The notes under the pieces: generated by a model
Database searches by the model: none
The model's input: the letters and a program-made list of their open reading frames with translations, nothing else
Told to the model about the DNA's origin: nothing
In this document: one piece after another, positions 28,330-36,782 of the stretch
Layout of the letters: each line of letters begins with the position of its first letter
Position numbering within the stretch: position 1 is the stretch's first letter
Source: an uncultured Verrucomicrobiota bacterium
GTDB taxonomy: Bacteria > Verrucomicrobiota > Kiritimatiellia > CAJWTS01
Length of the DNA stretch: 64,000 bases
Direction: 5' to 3'
NCBI GenBank assembly: GCA_913047795.1
Contig: CAJWTS010000001.1
Location: 22,866 to 86,865, forward strand
Program-made: the position numbers and the translations under genes

Positions 28330-28552
28330 GGCCGTGCCGTATAAAGAGATTCAGTATCTTGCCGACGAGCAGGACCCAAGCCTGACGATTGAGACGCGAG
28401 ACCTGGTCGCGAAGGTCATCGACAACACGGGTCTTGCGTTGACTACCAACGAGGGCACTACATCCCATTTCGGCCGATACGGAATGAACAGCCCGCTTTC
28501 TTTCAGCCATCATCTGGGCTATCACGGCCTGCGTGCGCTGTACGACAAGTAG
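28318..28552 (+). CDS. Small hypothetical protein (78 aa), translationally coupled to the upstream FAD oxidoreductase
   Basis: The ATG at 28318 lies 12 nt inside the upstream gene in another frame (ATGGCGTGTGA). Composition is rich in K/E/I/Y/T/N, unlike GC shadow ORFs; third codon positions are mostly G/C. Confidence 0.35.
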
Positions 28553-28880
28553 GAACGGCGCAACCTGGTGGTGCCGCTCGCGTCGTGGCTGAATCTGCGG
28601 AGTCAACCTGCAGGGGATCAAACTCGCCCCGGTCGCCGACCGGACACGGGACCGGTGCGCTTCAGCGCCGCTGTTGCTCCGTCCCTCGAATGCGTCGCCA
28701 GGGCCCGGCGTTATCGCGCAACCTTACGGTTAATATCCACCTCTCTCCGGAAGACGAGGCCTTTTCGAGTTCCCAATATTGCTTTGCCCATGGCGAGCAA
28801 TGTCAGATTGCCCACATCCAACACGGAACGCTCAATGTCCATGTTCAGAGAAAGACACAGCGCCCCGTCATTTCCCCCTT

Positions 28881-30506
28881 CTACTCCCACGCTTGCCCTA
28901 TGCTGTAGAGCGCCTTGACGTCCGATTCGGGAAGCGGACGGTCGTACAGGCGAAGGTCGTCGATCGAGCCCTGGAACGGTTTTGCGGCCCCGACGGGCAG
29001 GTCCAGGGCAAGACATACTTGCTCGGGCGTGACTTCGACCGCCACTTCCGCGCCCGCTTCGAACTCGGCTGTTGAATCGAACCTCCCGTCAACGAAGAGA
29101 TTCGCCGTCCCACGCAGCCGGTTTACGGTCACGACGGCATGTGTCCAGCGTCCGGCTTCCACCGTTGCGGCCGAAGTCGTCTTTACGTACGCCGTTCCAT
29201 CACCGAGGAAGTGAAGAAACGAAAGCCTTCCTTCGGCGTCCATGACCAGACCCATCTGCCACTCGATTTTCTTCACGATGCCCCAGAAATCTGCGGGTGT
29301 TTCGTCACTCGGTTTCCGGGTGGGGTTGATCCAGATCGACAGGCTGTAATCGCCCTCATGCAAGGCCAGTAACTCCGGAGTCGGCTCGAGCCGCAAGCCG
29401 CGTTGGCCCTCGATCTTCCACCCGCGCGCGGCGAGCTGAGCGCCATCCGGGTCCTTGAACATGCTGACGCCGACGCGTCCCACCTCGAGCCTGCCGGATT
29501 CCTGCGCGGCGAGCGCGCGCGTGCTTCTCGCCCCCCACGCGGCAATGTCCGCGTTCGCTGATTCGGCTGCTCGACGCGCATACTCACGAAGGCTCACCAT
29601 CGCGTTCACGTCCCCAACCCATTCGTTCAACTCTTCATCAATCCGCCGCGTCCTGACCTGGTAGATGAACCCGAGGAAGCCGGCCAGGTGCCGCGCCGAG
29701 AAATCCGAATCACCGGCCACGCGCCGATAGACCGCGGCCAGCGAACGATCATCCAATTCGCCACGAATCCTCTGACGCAGCACGCCAAGAAACTCGTCCC
29801 TTTCCTCAACCGTGTCCCGCGTTACGGCATGCTCGTACAGGGCCGGTAAGCGATGCGTACTGAGTTGAGCGTAATGATCGCTCAGGTATTTCATGCATGC
29901 CGACCGCAGCGTGGTCTCCGGCCGGGCGCGCAATCTTCGGAAGCACGCGCCCGCAATGCGTTCATCGTTAAGCTTAATCAAGAGTTCCAGCGCCTTCCCG
30001 GCGACCTCGTCCGTCTCGTTTTCGACGGCCCGCCTCAATGTCTGTCGTCCCGTGTCCCCGGCGGCCAGGATCCGCCTGTTCGCCGTGCCTGACTCCGAGG
30101 GGTCCGCCGAGCTCAGCGTCCGCACCGCGAACATAAGTTCTGGCATCGATCGTTTGCTGTCCGGCAGACGCGCGAGCAGTGGTACGAGCTCGTCGGCACG
30201 ATCTCCGCGTGAGAACTTGGATCTCAGCGTCCGGCAGAGACGCAAGGCCTTTGCGAAGTCGCCCTCTTGTTCAAGGGCCAGAATTTCGGCGAGGTGATCG
30301 TCCAGTGACAGCCCATCGCCCGATGCTTTCGCGGGCCCCGGGTTGGTCGCGCCTGTCGTCACCTTCGGCACCTGCTGCGAATTCTTTGTTTCAGAGGGTT
30401 CCGGTGCGGTCACGGAAGGCGCCGCTTTGCGTGGCGGCGCGGGAACGGTCTCCTGCCTGCAACCCGTCAGGGCGACGAGCAGTATAAGAACGTGCAAGGT
30501 CTTCAT
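28881..30506 (-). CDS. Lipoprotein with a C-terminal LamG/concanavalin-A-like lectin domain
   Basis: Start MKTLHVLILLVALTGC (lipobox) with a GGAAGG-like RBS. The C-terminal ~180 aa (...WTHAVVTVNRLRGTANLFVDG...GSIDDLRLYDRPL) is LamG-like. Confidence 0.6.
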   Translation of the reverse strand: MKTLHVLILLVALTGCRQETVPAPPRKAAPSVTAPEPSETKNSQQVPKVTTGATNPGPAKASGDGLSLDDHLAEILALEQEGDFAKALRLCRTLRSKFSRGDRADELVPLLARLPDSKRSMPELMFAVRTLSSADPSESGTANRRILAAGDTGRQTLRRAVENETDEVAGKALELLIKLNDERIAGACFRRLRARPETTLRSACMKYLSDHYAQLSTHRLPALYEHAVTRDTVEERDEFLGVLRQRIRGELDDRSLAAVYRRVAGDSDFSARHLAGFLGFIYQVRTRRIDEELNEWVGDVNAMVSLREYARRAAESANADIAAWGARSTRALAAQESGRLEVGRVGVSMFKDPDGAQLAARGWKIEGQRGLRLEPTPELLALHEGDYSLSIWINPTRKPSDETPADFWGIVKKIEWQMGLVMDAEGRLSFLHFLGDGTAYVKTTSAATVEAGRWTHAVVTVNRLRGTANLFVDGRFDSTAEFEAGAEVAVEVTPEQVCLALDLPVGAAKPFQGSIDDLRLYDRPLPESDVKALYSIGQAWE

Positions 30507-30568
30507 GATGCCTTCCATACATAAAAGACTATTCCCATACCGGACCTTCGTATAGCGTTTAGAACGAA

Positions 30569-31672
30569 ATGATTTCAAACAAGTCTGTCTGTGTCCTCAC
30601 GCTCATTTTCGCGGCCACGTTGCCGCTGCATGCCCAGACCAACGCGCCCGGCAGCGCGGTGTGGACGGGCAAGGGCGACGGGAAGAACTGGTCCGATGCC
30701 CGGAACTGGCAGCCGAGCGGGGTGCCCACCAATACGGCTACGATCGGCGAACCCGATGAACCGAGGGTGATCGTCGTGGACAAGGCGGCCCAGGTGGACG
30801 TGCTTAGGTTCGTTCCGGTTAACAAAAACACGCTGCTGCTGCTGGGGGGCCTGACGGTCCGTAGCCTGGTCATGATCCAGAAATCACCCTACGAACACGC
30901 GAACATCGACGTCGGCAATCACACCCTGACCCTGTCCGAAAGCTCGCGCTCCTATCTGCCGAAATTACGGGGCAAGGGCCTGCTCGTGAAGACCGGCACG
31001 GGCACCTGCTACGCCCCAACCGATACGAAGGCCTATTCAGGCGACTACGTCGTGCGAAGCGGGACCCTTATCTTCTGGGGCGGAAACATGGGGGCAGGCG
31101 GGTCCACCAACCTGACGATCCACAACGGCGCCACCGTGCGGGTCATGAATCCTTCGCCTGAACCTGTCTCGTTCCCCTCCAACGTCGTGGTCTACGGTGT
31201 CGGCGAAGGGGACGGCGTCCTGTCTTTTGATTACTCGGATTTCGGCTTCGCCAGCAACCTGAGGGCCGCCTCGGACGCGAAAGTGTCGGCAAAAGCCAAC
31301 GTGACCTGGCACGGCCACATCCGAGGGCCGGGCATGCTCACGTTTGAAGCCGCGCCAGGAAAGACAAACAGGCTGGACGGCGCCTTTCACTGCGCTGTCA
31401 ATGGCACGGCCGCAAACCGGATGGCCGTGGGTAGCGGCGTCCTGGACATTGCAGGCTGCGCTCTGACCGTCGAGGGCAGCGACACCGCCACCACCGAGGA
31501 ATACGTCCTGATTGACTACTCGTCGGAGGGCGGGTCCGTGACCGGACGCTTCGCGACCACAGACAGCATGCCGAAGCGATGGTCTGTCGCGTACGCCGGA
31601 ACGGACGACAATCCCAAGTGTGTCGTGCTCGTCAACCCCCCGGCCGCCGATGCGGCCGTGACGATTCCGTAG
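30569..31672 (+). CDS. Secreted beta-helix repeat protein (autotransporter-associated beta-strand-repeat-like)
   Basis: Signal peptide MISNKSVCVLTLIFAATLPLHAQ. The WTGKGDGKNWSDARNWQPSGVPT opener is typical of PVC beta-helical proteins. Repetitive G/T/N-rich strands follow. Confidence 0.55.
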   Translation: MISNKSVCVLTLIFAATLPLHAQTNAPGSAVWTGKGDGKNWSDARNWQPSGVPTNTATIGEPDEPRVIVVDKAAQVDVLRFVPVNKNTLLLLGGLTVRSLVMIQKSPYEHANIDVGNHTLTLSESSRSYLPKLRGKGLLVKTGTGTCYAPTDTKAYSGDYVVRSGTLIFWGGNMGAGGSTNLTIHNGATVRVMNPSPEPVSFPSNVVVYGVGEGDGVLSFDYSDFGFASNLRAASDAKVSAKANVTWHGHIRGPGMLTFEAAPGKTNRLDGAFHCAVNGTAANRMAVGSGVLDIAGCALTVEGSDTATTEEYVLIDYSSEGGSVTGRFATTDSMPKRWSVAYAGTDDNPKCVVLVNPPAADAAVTIP

Positions 31673-31774
31673 CGAGCGCCATAGCCCCGGAGAAGGGGTC
31701 AGCCGTGCAAATTGTAAAGCTTTCGACCTGCAGGGACTCGGTCGAGCAGCTCGCCGAAATATGCACGAGCAGAA

Positions 31775-33322
31775 TTAGACCCACAGCTGTCGGTCAAGGG
31801 TCCGGTACTGGATGGCCTCGGAGATGTGTTCCGCATCGATGTCGGTGCTGGCCGCCAGGTCGGCGATGGTGCGCGCGACCTTAAGGATGCGATCGTACGC
31901 GCGCGCGCTGAGGTTGAGCTCGTTCATCGCCATTTTCAGAAGTTCGCGCGCGTCACTGCCCAGCACGCAGAAAGACTGCATCGCCTTGGCATCCATGGCT
32001 GCGTTGCAATGCAGTCCGTTACGCCCGGCATAACGATTCTGCTGAACGGCGCGTGCCGTGGTGGCGCGTTCTCGAATGGCGGCCGATGGTTCGCCCGGCG
32101 CCAGGGTCGTCAACTCGTCGTACTCGATCGACGGCACCTCCACGTGGATGTCGATGCGGTCAAGCAGCGGACCGGAAATCTTGTTACGGTAGTTCTGTAT
32201 CTGGCGATGCGTACAGCGACACTCGCGCCGCAGGTCACCGTAGAACCCGCAAGGGCAGGGGTTCATGGCCGCGACGAGCATGAACTGGCAGGGGAAGGTC
32301 ACGCTTGCGGCGGCGCGCGAGATCGACACCACGCCGTCTTCGAGTGGTTGGCGCAGGACCTCCAGCACGTTACGGTGGAACTCGGGCAATTCGTCCAGGA
32401 AGAGCACGCCGCGATGGGCCAGGCTCACCTCGCCCGGCGAAGGGTGTGCGCCACCGCCCAGCAGTCCGGCGTCGGAGATCGTGTGGTGCGGCGATCGAAA
32501 CGTTCGATTCACAATCAAGGCCGTCTGCGGCGCCAGCGTGCCGGCAATGCTGTGGATGCGCGTTGCTTCGAGGGCTTCTTCAAGTGTCATCGGCGGCAGG
32601 ATCGACGGAATGCGCTTGGCCAGCATCGATTTGCCGGTGCCGGGCGCGCCGATCGCCAACAGATTATGGCCGCCGGCAACAGCTACCTCGAAAGCACGCT
32701 TGGCCTGTTCCTGGCCCTTGACGTCGGCGAAGTCCACGGGGTACTCGCCGAGGTGACCGGAAACCTCCGACATGTTGACGCCGTAAGCGGCAAGTTCCAG
32801 GTTGCCCGCGAGGAAGTCGGTGGCTTCACGCAGGTTGCGCACAGGGTAGACGGCAATGCCGTCTACCACGGCGGCCTCGTCCGCGTTCTCGGCGGGAACG
32901 AGGAAGCCGTGGCGCCCCTCGTCGCGCATGCGCATCGCGATCGGCAGCACGCCCTTGACGCGGCGCACCTCGCCGCTGAGAGCGAGTTCGCCGATGATGG
33001 CGTATTGCTGAAGCGCTTCGGCGGGTATTTCACCCTGCGCGGCCAGCATGCCGATTGCGATCGGCAGGTCGAAATTCGGCCCCTCCTTCTTGATGTCGGC
33101 CGGGGCGAGATTGACCGTGATGCGGCCTGATTTGGAGAACAGGCCGGAATTATTGATGGCAGTGTAGACGCGGTCCTTGCTCTCGCGGACCGCCGCATCG
33201 GGCAATCCGACAATCACCATCTGGGGGTCGCCATGGCCGGCGTTGACCTCTATCTCGACCGGATAGGCGTCGACGCCATAGACCGCTCCCGAAAATACCC
33301 GCGCTAACATGTTTCCTTCCAA
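31775..33322 (-). CDS. yifB: YifB/ComM family Mg-chelatase-like AAA+ ATPase
   Basis: Lon-like N-terminal domain, Walker A LLAIGAPGTGKSM, sensor motifs, and a C-terminal Mg-chelatase subunit ChlI domain. Confidence 0.9.
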   Translation of the reverse strand: MEGNMLARVFSGAVYGVDAYPVEIEVNAGHGDPQMVIVGLPDAAVRESKDRVYTAINNSGLFSKSGRITVNLAPADIKKEGPNFDLPIAIGMLAAQGEIPAEALQQYAIIGELALSGEVRRVKGVLPIAMRMRDEGRHGFLVPAENADEAAVVDGIAVYPVRNLREATDFLAGNLELAAYGVNMSEVSGHLGEYPVDFADVKGQEQAKRAFEVAVAGGHNLLAIGAPGTGKSMLAKRIPSILPPMTLEEALEATRIHSIAGTLAPQTALIVNRTFRSPHHTISDAGLLGGGAHPSPGEVSLAHRGVLFLDELPEFHRNVLEVLRQPLEDGVVSISRAAASVTFPCQFMLVAAMNPCPCGFYGDLRRECRCTHRQIQNYRNKISGPLLDRIDIHVEVPSIEYDELTTLAPGEPSAAIRERATTARAVQQNRYAGRNGLHCNAAMDAKAMQSFCVLGSDARELLKMAMNELNLSARAYDRILKVARTIADLAASTDIDAEHISEAIQYRTLDRQLWV

Positions 33323-33481
33323 CCCTTGGCTACACCGCCGGGTGCATATTAGATCAGGGCCCGGATTGGAACCAGCAGAAACGGATGGGACCGGTGCGGG
33401 AGGGTGATTGATTTCGCTGGCCCTGTCACCCCATTCTGCGGTATGCTAGCGGCAGCGTCACCGCATAGATTGCAGAGGAAT

Positions 33482-33640
33482 ATGACACTGAATCGAATCA
33501 AGATGCTGTTGAAAGGGTTCGCCGTTCTGGCGCTGATCGCGTGCGCCGGATGCGCCAGCCCTTATGAGCGTGTTGACGTCAATGAAGCGTACGATTTGAA
33601 GACGATGGATCGACGCGATGGTCGCGTGATGTACCAATAG
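33482..33640 (+). CDS. Small putative lipoprotein (52 aa)
   Basis: MTLNRIKMLLKGFAVLALIACAGC fits signal peptidase II lipobox context. Very short, so uncertain. Confidence 0.3.
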   Translation: MTLNRIKMLLKGFAVLALIACAGCASPYERVDVNEAYDLKTMDRRDGRVMYQ

Positions 33641-33690
33641 TCCGGAGTGGCGATTAGCCGCCCCACGAACGCGAGCAGGAGTATGGCAAC

Positions 33691-34086
33691 ATGATCAAGA
33701 CACAGCTGACATTGTACATGGAGAATCGATACGGCCAGCTCGCGCAGGCAACCCGCCTGCTCGAAAAGGCGAACGTTAACCTGGAGGCGATCTCGGTGGC
33801 GGAAGCGTCGGCCGCGAGCCTGGTGCAGATCATCGTCGATAGCCCACGTCGGGCACGCGAGGTGCTCAAGGATTCCGGCATTCCGGTGGCGGAGGAAAAA
33901 GTGAATGTCGTGCTGCTGGATAATAAGCCCGGTGCGCTCGCGCACGTCGCCAACAGGCTCGCTCGGAAGAAGGTCAATATCAACTACCTCTATGCCACCA
34001 CGACGCCGGGCAAGGGCGCGGAGCAGACGGCCGTGGTCATCAGCGCCGACGATCCGCAGGCGATCGAAGACTTCTTTGCCGACTGA
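33691..34086 (+). CDS. ACT-domain protein
   Basis: Two beta-alpha-beta-beta-alpha-beta-like halves (IKTQLTLYMENRYGQLAQ... and VNVVLLDNKPGALAHV...), typical of tandem ACT domains. Confidence 0.55.
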   Translation: MIKTQLTLYMENRYGQLAQATRLLEKANVNLEAISVAEASAASLVQIIVDSPRRAREVLKDSGIPVAEEKVNVVLLDNKPGALAHVANRLARKKVNINYLYATTTPGKGAEQTAVVISADDPQAIEDFFAD

Positions 34087-34132
34087 TCGCAGGGCATCGT
34101 GCGGCCCATGGTGCAACAGAGAGGCGCCTGAC

Positions 34133-35353
34133 ATGTCGACCACGGAGGATCTTCTACGGGACATCATGCAGCTCAGCCTGAGCAGCAGTCCCGAGCAGAT
34201 GCTGGAGAAGGCCCTGACGGCCTGTATCACCATTGCCGGCGCGCGTGGCGGCTCGATCCTTGCTGAAGAGGGCCCGTACATGCAGTTCCTCTTCGCCGAT
34301 GTGCCCGACCTGGTGGGCGTGCGTGTTCCGCACGACAGTATCGCGGGAAGTTCGGCCGCGGACAACCTGGTGATTTACACATACGCGCCGTACGACAAAC
34401 GACACTTCAAGGGCGTCGACGATCAAATTGAAGTCCCGACGCGCCACCTGCTGAGCATTCCGATCCCGTCTATCCATCGTTCGGTGGACGATGAGCGGAC
34501 CATCAATTCGGCGGTGTTGCAGCTCTTGTTTGACCACAACATCATGGTTGAACTTGACGCGGAGCAGGGCCCGCATGAGTTCGATGTGGCTGACTTCCGA
34601 AGGGATCCCGCTTGCGAACAGCATTTCAGCGACTTGTTCTGGATACTGCCCAACATTGCGCTTGGCCTGGAAGTCATGAAGCTGCGTCAAACGTCCTACC
34701 AGGCGATCCACGAGTTGAAGAACAAGATGATCGGCGCCCTGTCCTGGTGCCATTACCTTAAGGACGACCTGGCCGAACGCGACGCGGCACTGTTGGAGGA
34801 CGAGAGCATCAGCGAGGATCTTGCGCTGACCGAGTCCACGATCCGCGAGGGGGCCGAGCTCGCGAAGACGTATCTTCAGTTTACGACAATCTATAGCCCG
34901 CAATTCGCGCCCGGCGACGTCAACGATGTCTTGCGCCATACGGCGGCTTCCGCTCGTGTTCTGGCGCGCGAGACCGGGGATCATGCGATCGACGTGCAGG
35001 AAGAATTCGGCGATGGATTGCCGGTGCGCACGATCGACGCCGAGCAGTTGAAGATGGCGTTCTTCAACCTTTGCAAGAATGCGGTCGAGGCGATGATCGA
35101 GCATTGTGTTGCCGATGCCGTCCTGCGTCTCTCATCAGCCGTGGGGCCAACAGGAGTCACGATAACGATCAGCGACAGCGGGCCCGGCATGCCCGAGGAA
35201 ATTGCCGACAATCTATTTATCGCCTTCAAAACGAAAAAAGAAGGCGGCACCGGACTGGGCTTGACGATCACCAAAAAGATCATCGATGTTCATGGGGGAC
35301 AGATTCGGTGCGCAACCGGCACCGAGGGCACCACTTTTGTCGTGACGCTATAG
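34133..35353 (+). CDS. GAF-domain sensor histidine kinase
   Basis: Start at MSTTEDLL (ATG 34133). H-box HELKNKM, N-box FNLCKNAVEAM, and G-boxes ISDSGPGMP and GGTGLGL. The earlier part of the listed ORF overlaps the ACT gene in another frame. Confidence 0.75.
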   Translation: MSTTEDLLRDIMQLSLSSSPEQMLEKALTACITIAGARGGSILAEEGPYMQFLFADVPDLVGVRVPHDSIAGSSAADNLVIYTYAPYDKRHFKGVDDQIEVPTRHLLSIPIPSIHRSVDDERTINSAVLQLLFDHNIMVELDAEQGPHEFDVADFRRDPACEQHFSDLFWILPNIALGLEVMKLRQTSYQAIHELKNKMIGALSWCHYLKDDLAERDAALLEDESISEDLALTESTIREGAELAKTYLQFTTIYSPQFAPGDVNDVLRHTAASARVLARETGDHAIDVQEEFGDGLPVRTIDAEQLKMAFFNLCKNAVEAMIEHCVADAVLRLSSAVGPTGVTITISDSGPGMPEEIADNLFIAFKTKKEGGTGLGLTITKKIIDVHGGQIRCATGTEGTTFVVTL

Positions 35354-35441
35354 GGCCCAGCTAACCTGTAACACGCCTTTGGCGATCAATCCACTAAACC
35401 GTAAATCCGCCTGCGGCGGACAAGCCCATGAGGAGACAGAG

Positions 35442-35999
35442 ATGAATGACGAGTTTGTGACAGACGACCCCGAGAGCCTGGCGATTCATGAGAGCTACGA
35501 GCAGGTGGTGGAGACCATTCGGCGGAACCTGGACCCGCACAGCAACACGGTCCTGATCGTTGACGATGAAAAATCCATACGCAAGAAAGTCGCCCGCGAC
35601 GTGCGCGGCTGTGCGCCGGGCCTGGTGATTTTCGAGGCCGGCAATGGAGAGGAAGGCCTGCGTAAGTTAGCCGACATTCGCAACAAGTACGTCAACGACC
35701 CGCTGTTGATTATCTCCGACCTCAATATGCCCGTGATGGATGGCTGGGAATTTATCAAGCGTCTCCGCGAGGACTACGAGGCCCGCGGCAAGAAGTCCGG
35801 CATTCCGATGCTCGTGCTCTCATCAACCAGCGGCGAGAAGAGCGTTGCTGTCGTGATGAAGAAAAGCGTGCACGCGGGCAAGTCGGGCTATGTTCCACTC
35901 GTGACTGTTGCGAAGGAAACGTGTGCGGATGGCAGTCGCTACGACGCGTCCGGCGACAAGGGCTTACTGGACTGGCTGGACCACTTCGTTAATGGGTGA
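35442..35999 (+). CDS. Response-regulator receiver-domain protein (CheY-like, no output domain)
   Basis: GAGGAG RBS before ATG 35442. VLIVDDE, the phospho-acceptor region IISDLNMPVMDG, and the conserved K in GKSGYVP. Confidence 0.7.
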   Translation: MNDEFVTDDPESLAIHESYEQVVETIRRNLDPHSNTVLIVDDEKSIRKKVARDVRGCAPGLVIFEAGNGEEGLRKLADIRNKYVNDPLLIISDLNMPVMDGWEFIKRLREDYEARGKKSGIPMLVLSSTSGEKSVAVVMKKSVHAGKSGYVPLVTVAKETCADGSRYDASGDKGLLDWLDHFVNG

Positions 36000-36007
36000 C
36001 GGACCGG

Positions 36008-36772
36008 CTACTTGTTCAGGCGCAACAGGTAGTCCTCGCCGCTGGACTGCAGGTATCCGAGTTGGCCGTCCGGTTCCGGGTAGAGAAAGAAAGAATTGAG
36101 CGGGCGGACGCTGCCGTCGGCGAATGCGGCAGTGCACAGCCCGCCGTGGCGAAAGTGAAATTTGGGCGTCGGCTCGGCGTCGAGGATATAGTGTTCCTGG
36201 ATCATGGGGTTCTGCGGGGACGCCTCCCCTTCGGTGGTATTCAGCAATGCGCAATCCGCCCAGGTGATCGTCTGGGCGGGCAGCGGAATCAGGTCGAAGT
36301 TCTGGACGGACGATCCCATGTTCTGTGCGGTTCCTTTGAGCATGTATGCGTTCAGGCCGTACGCGTACGTGGGCGTCGTGAATTGGGCCAGGTGATAGCC
36401 CTCGCCGTACGGAAACGTGGGGCAGGTCTGCACCCCGCCGCTGTGCTCGAAATAGGGTGACAGCCGCGCGCGGGTCATGTCCAACACGCGGTCGCCCGGT
36501 GACCCGGAGGTAACCTCGAAGCCAATATAGAAATGGCTGCTGCCCTGGACGTCCTCAACGTACGGGAAAAAGCGACCGTTGTTCTCCTGGTAGTACATCG
36601 CAAGCGCCGTATTCAAGTTGCGCAGGTTGCTGATACAGTGCGTTCGGTTTGCTGCGACGAGCCCCTTTTGAATCGCCGGAAAAAGCAAAACGGCGAGAAT
36701 CGAAATGACGGCGATAGTGACAAGCAATTCGACCAGCGTAAAAGCCAATGCTGAATGTTTCCGCGCGCTCAT
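36008..36772 (-). CDS. Prepilin-type N-terminal cleavage/methylation domain protein with a DUF1559 (H-X9-DG) domain
   Basis: N-terminus MSARKHSALAFTLVELLVTIAVISILAVLLFPAIQ is pseudopilin-like. The C-terminus FHFRHGGLCTAAFADGSVRPL carries the H-X9-DG signature common in Planctomycetes. Confidence 0.8.
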   Translation of the reverse strand: MSARKHSALAFTLVELLVTIAVISILAVLLFPAIQKGLVAANRTHCISNLRNLNTALAMYYQENNGRFFPYVEDVQGSSHFYIGFEVTSGSPGDRVLDMTRARLSPYFEHSGGVQTCPTFPYGEGYHLAQFTTPTYAYGLNAYMLKGTAQNMGSSVQNFDLIPLPAQTITWADCALLNTTEGEASPQNPMIQEHYILDAEPTPKFHFRHGGLCTAAFADGSVRPLNSFFLYPEPDGQLGYLQSSGEDYLLRLNK

Positions 36773-36782
36773 GTTGCCCGGA

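Noticed and set aside
33905-34132. N-terminal 76 residues of the listed ORF 33905-35353
   Set aside because: Pro/Arg/Ser-rich, and it overlaps the ACT-domain gene in another frame. The kinase starts at MSTTEDLL (34133).
33562-34365. 267-aa antisense ORF over the ACT and histidine-kinase genes
   Set aside because: Shadow composition. The sense genes have clear motifs.
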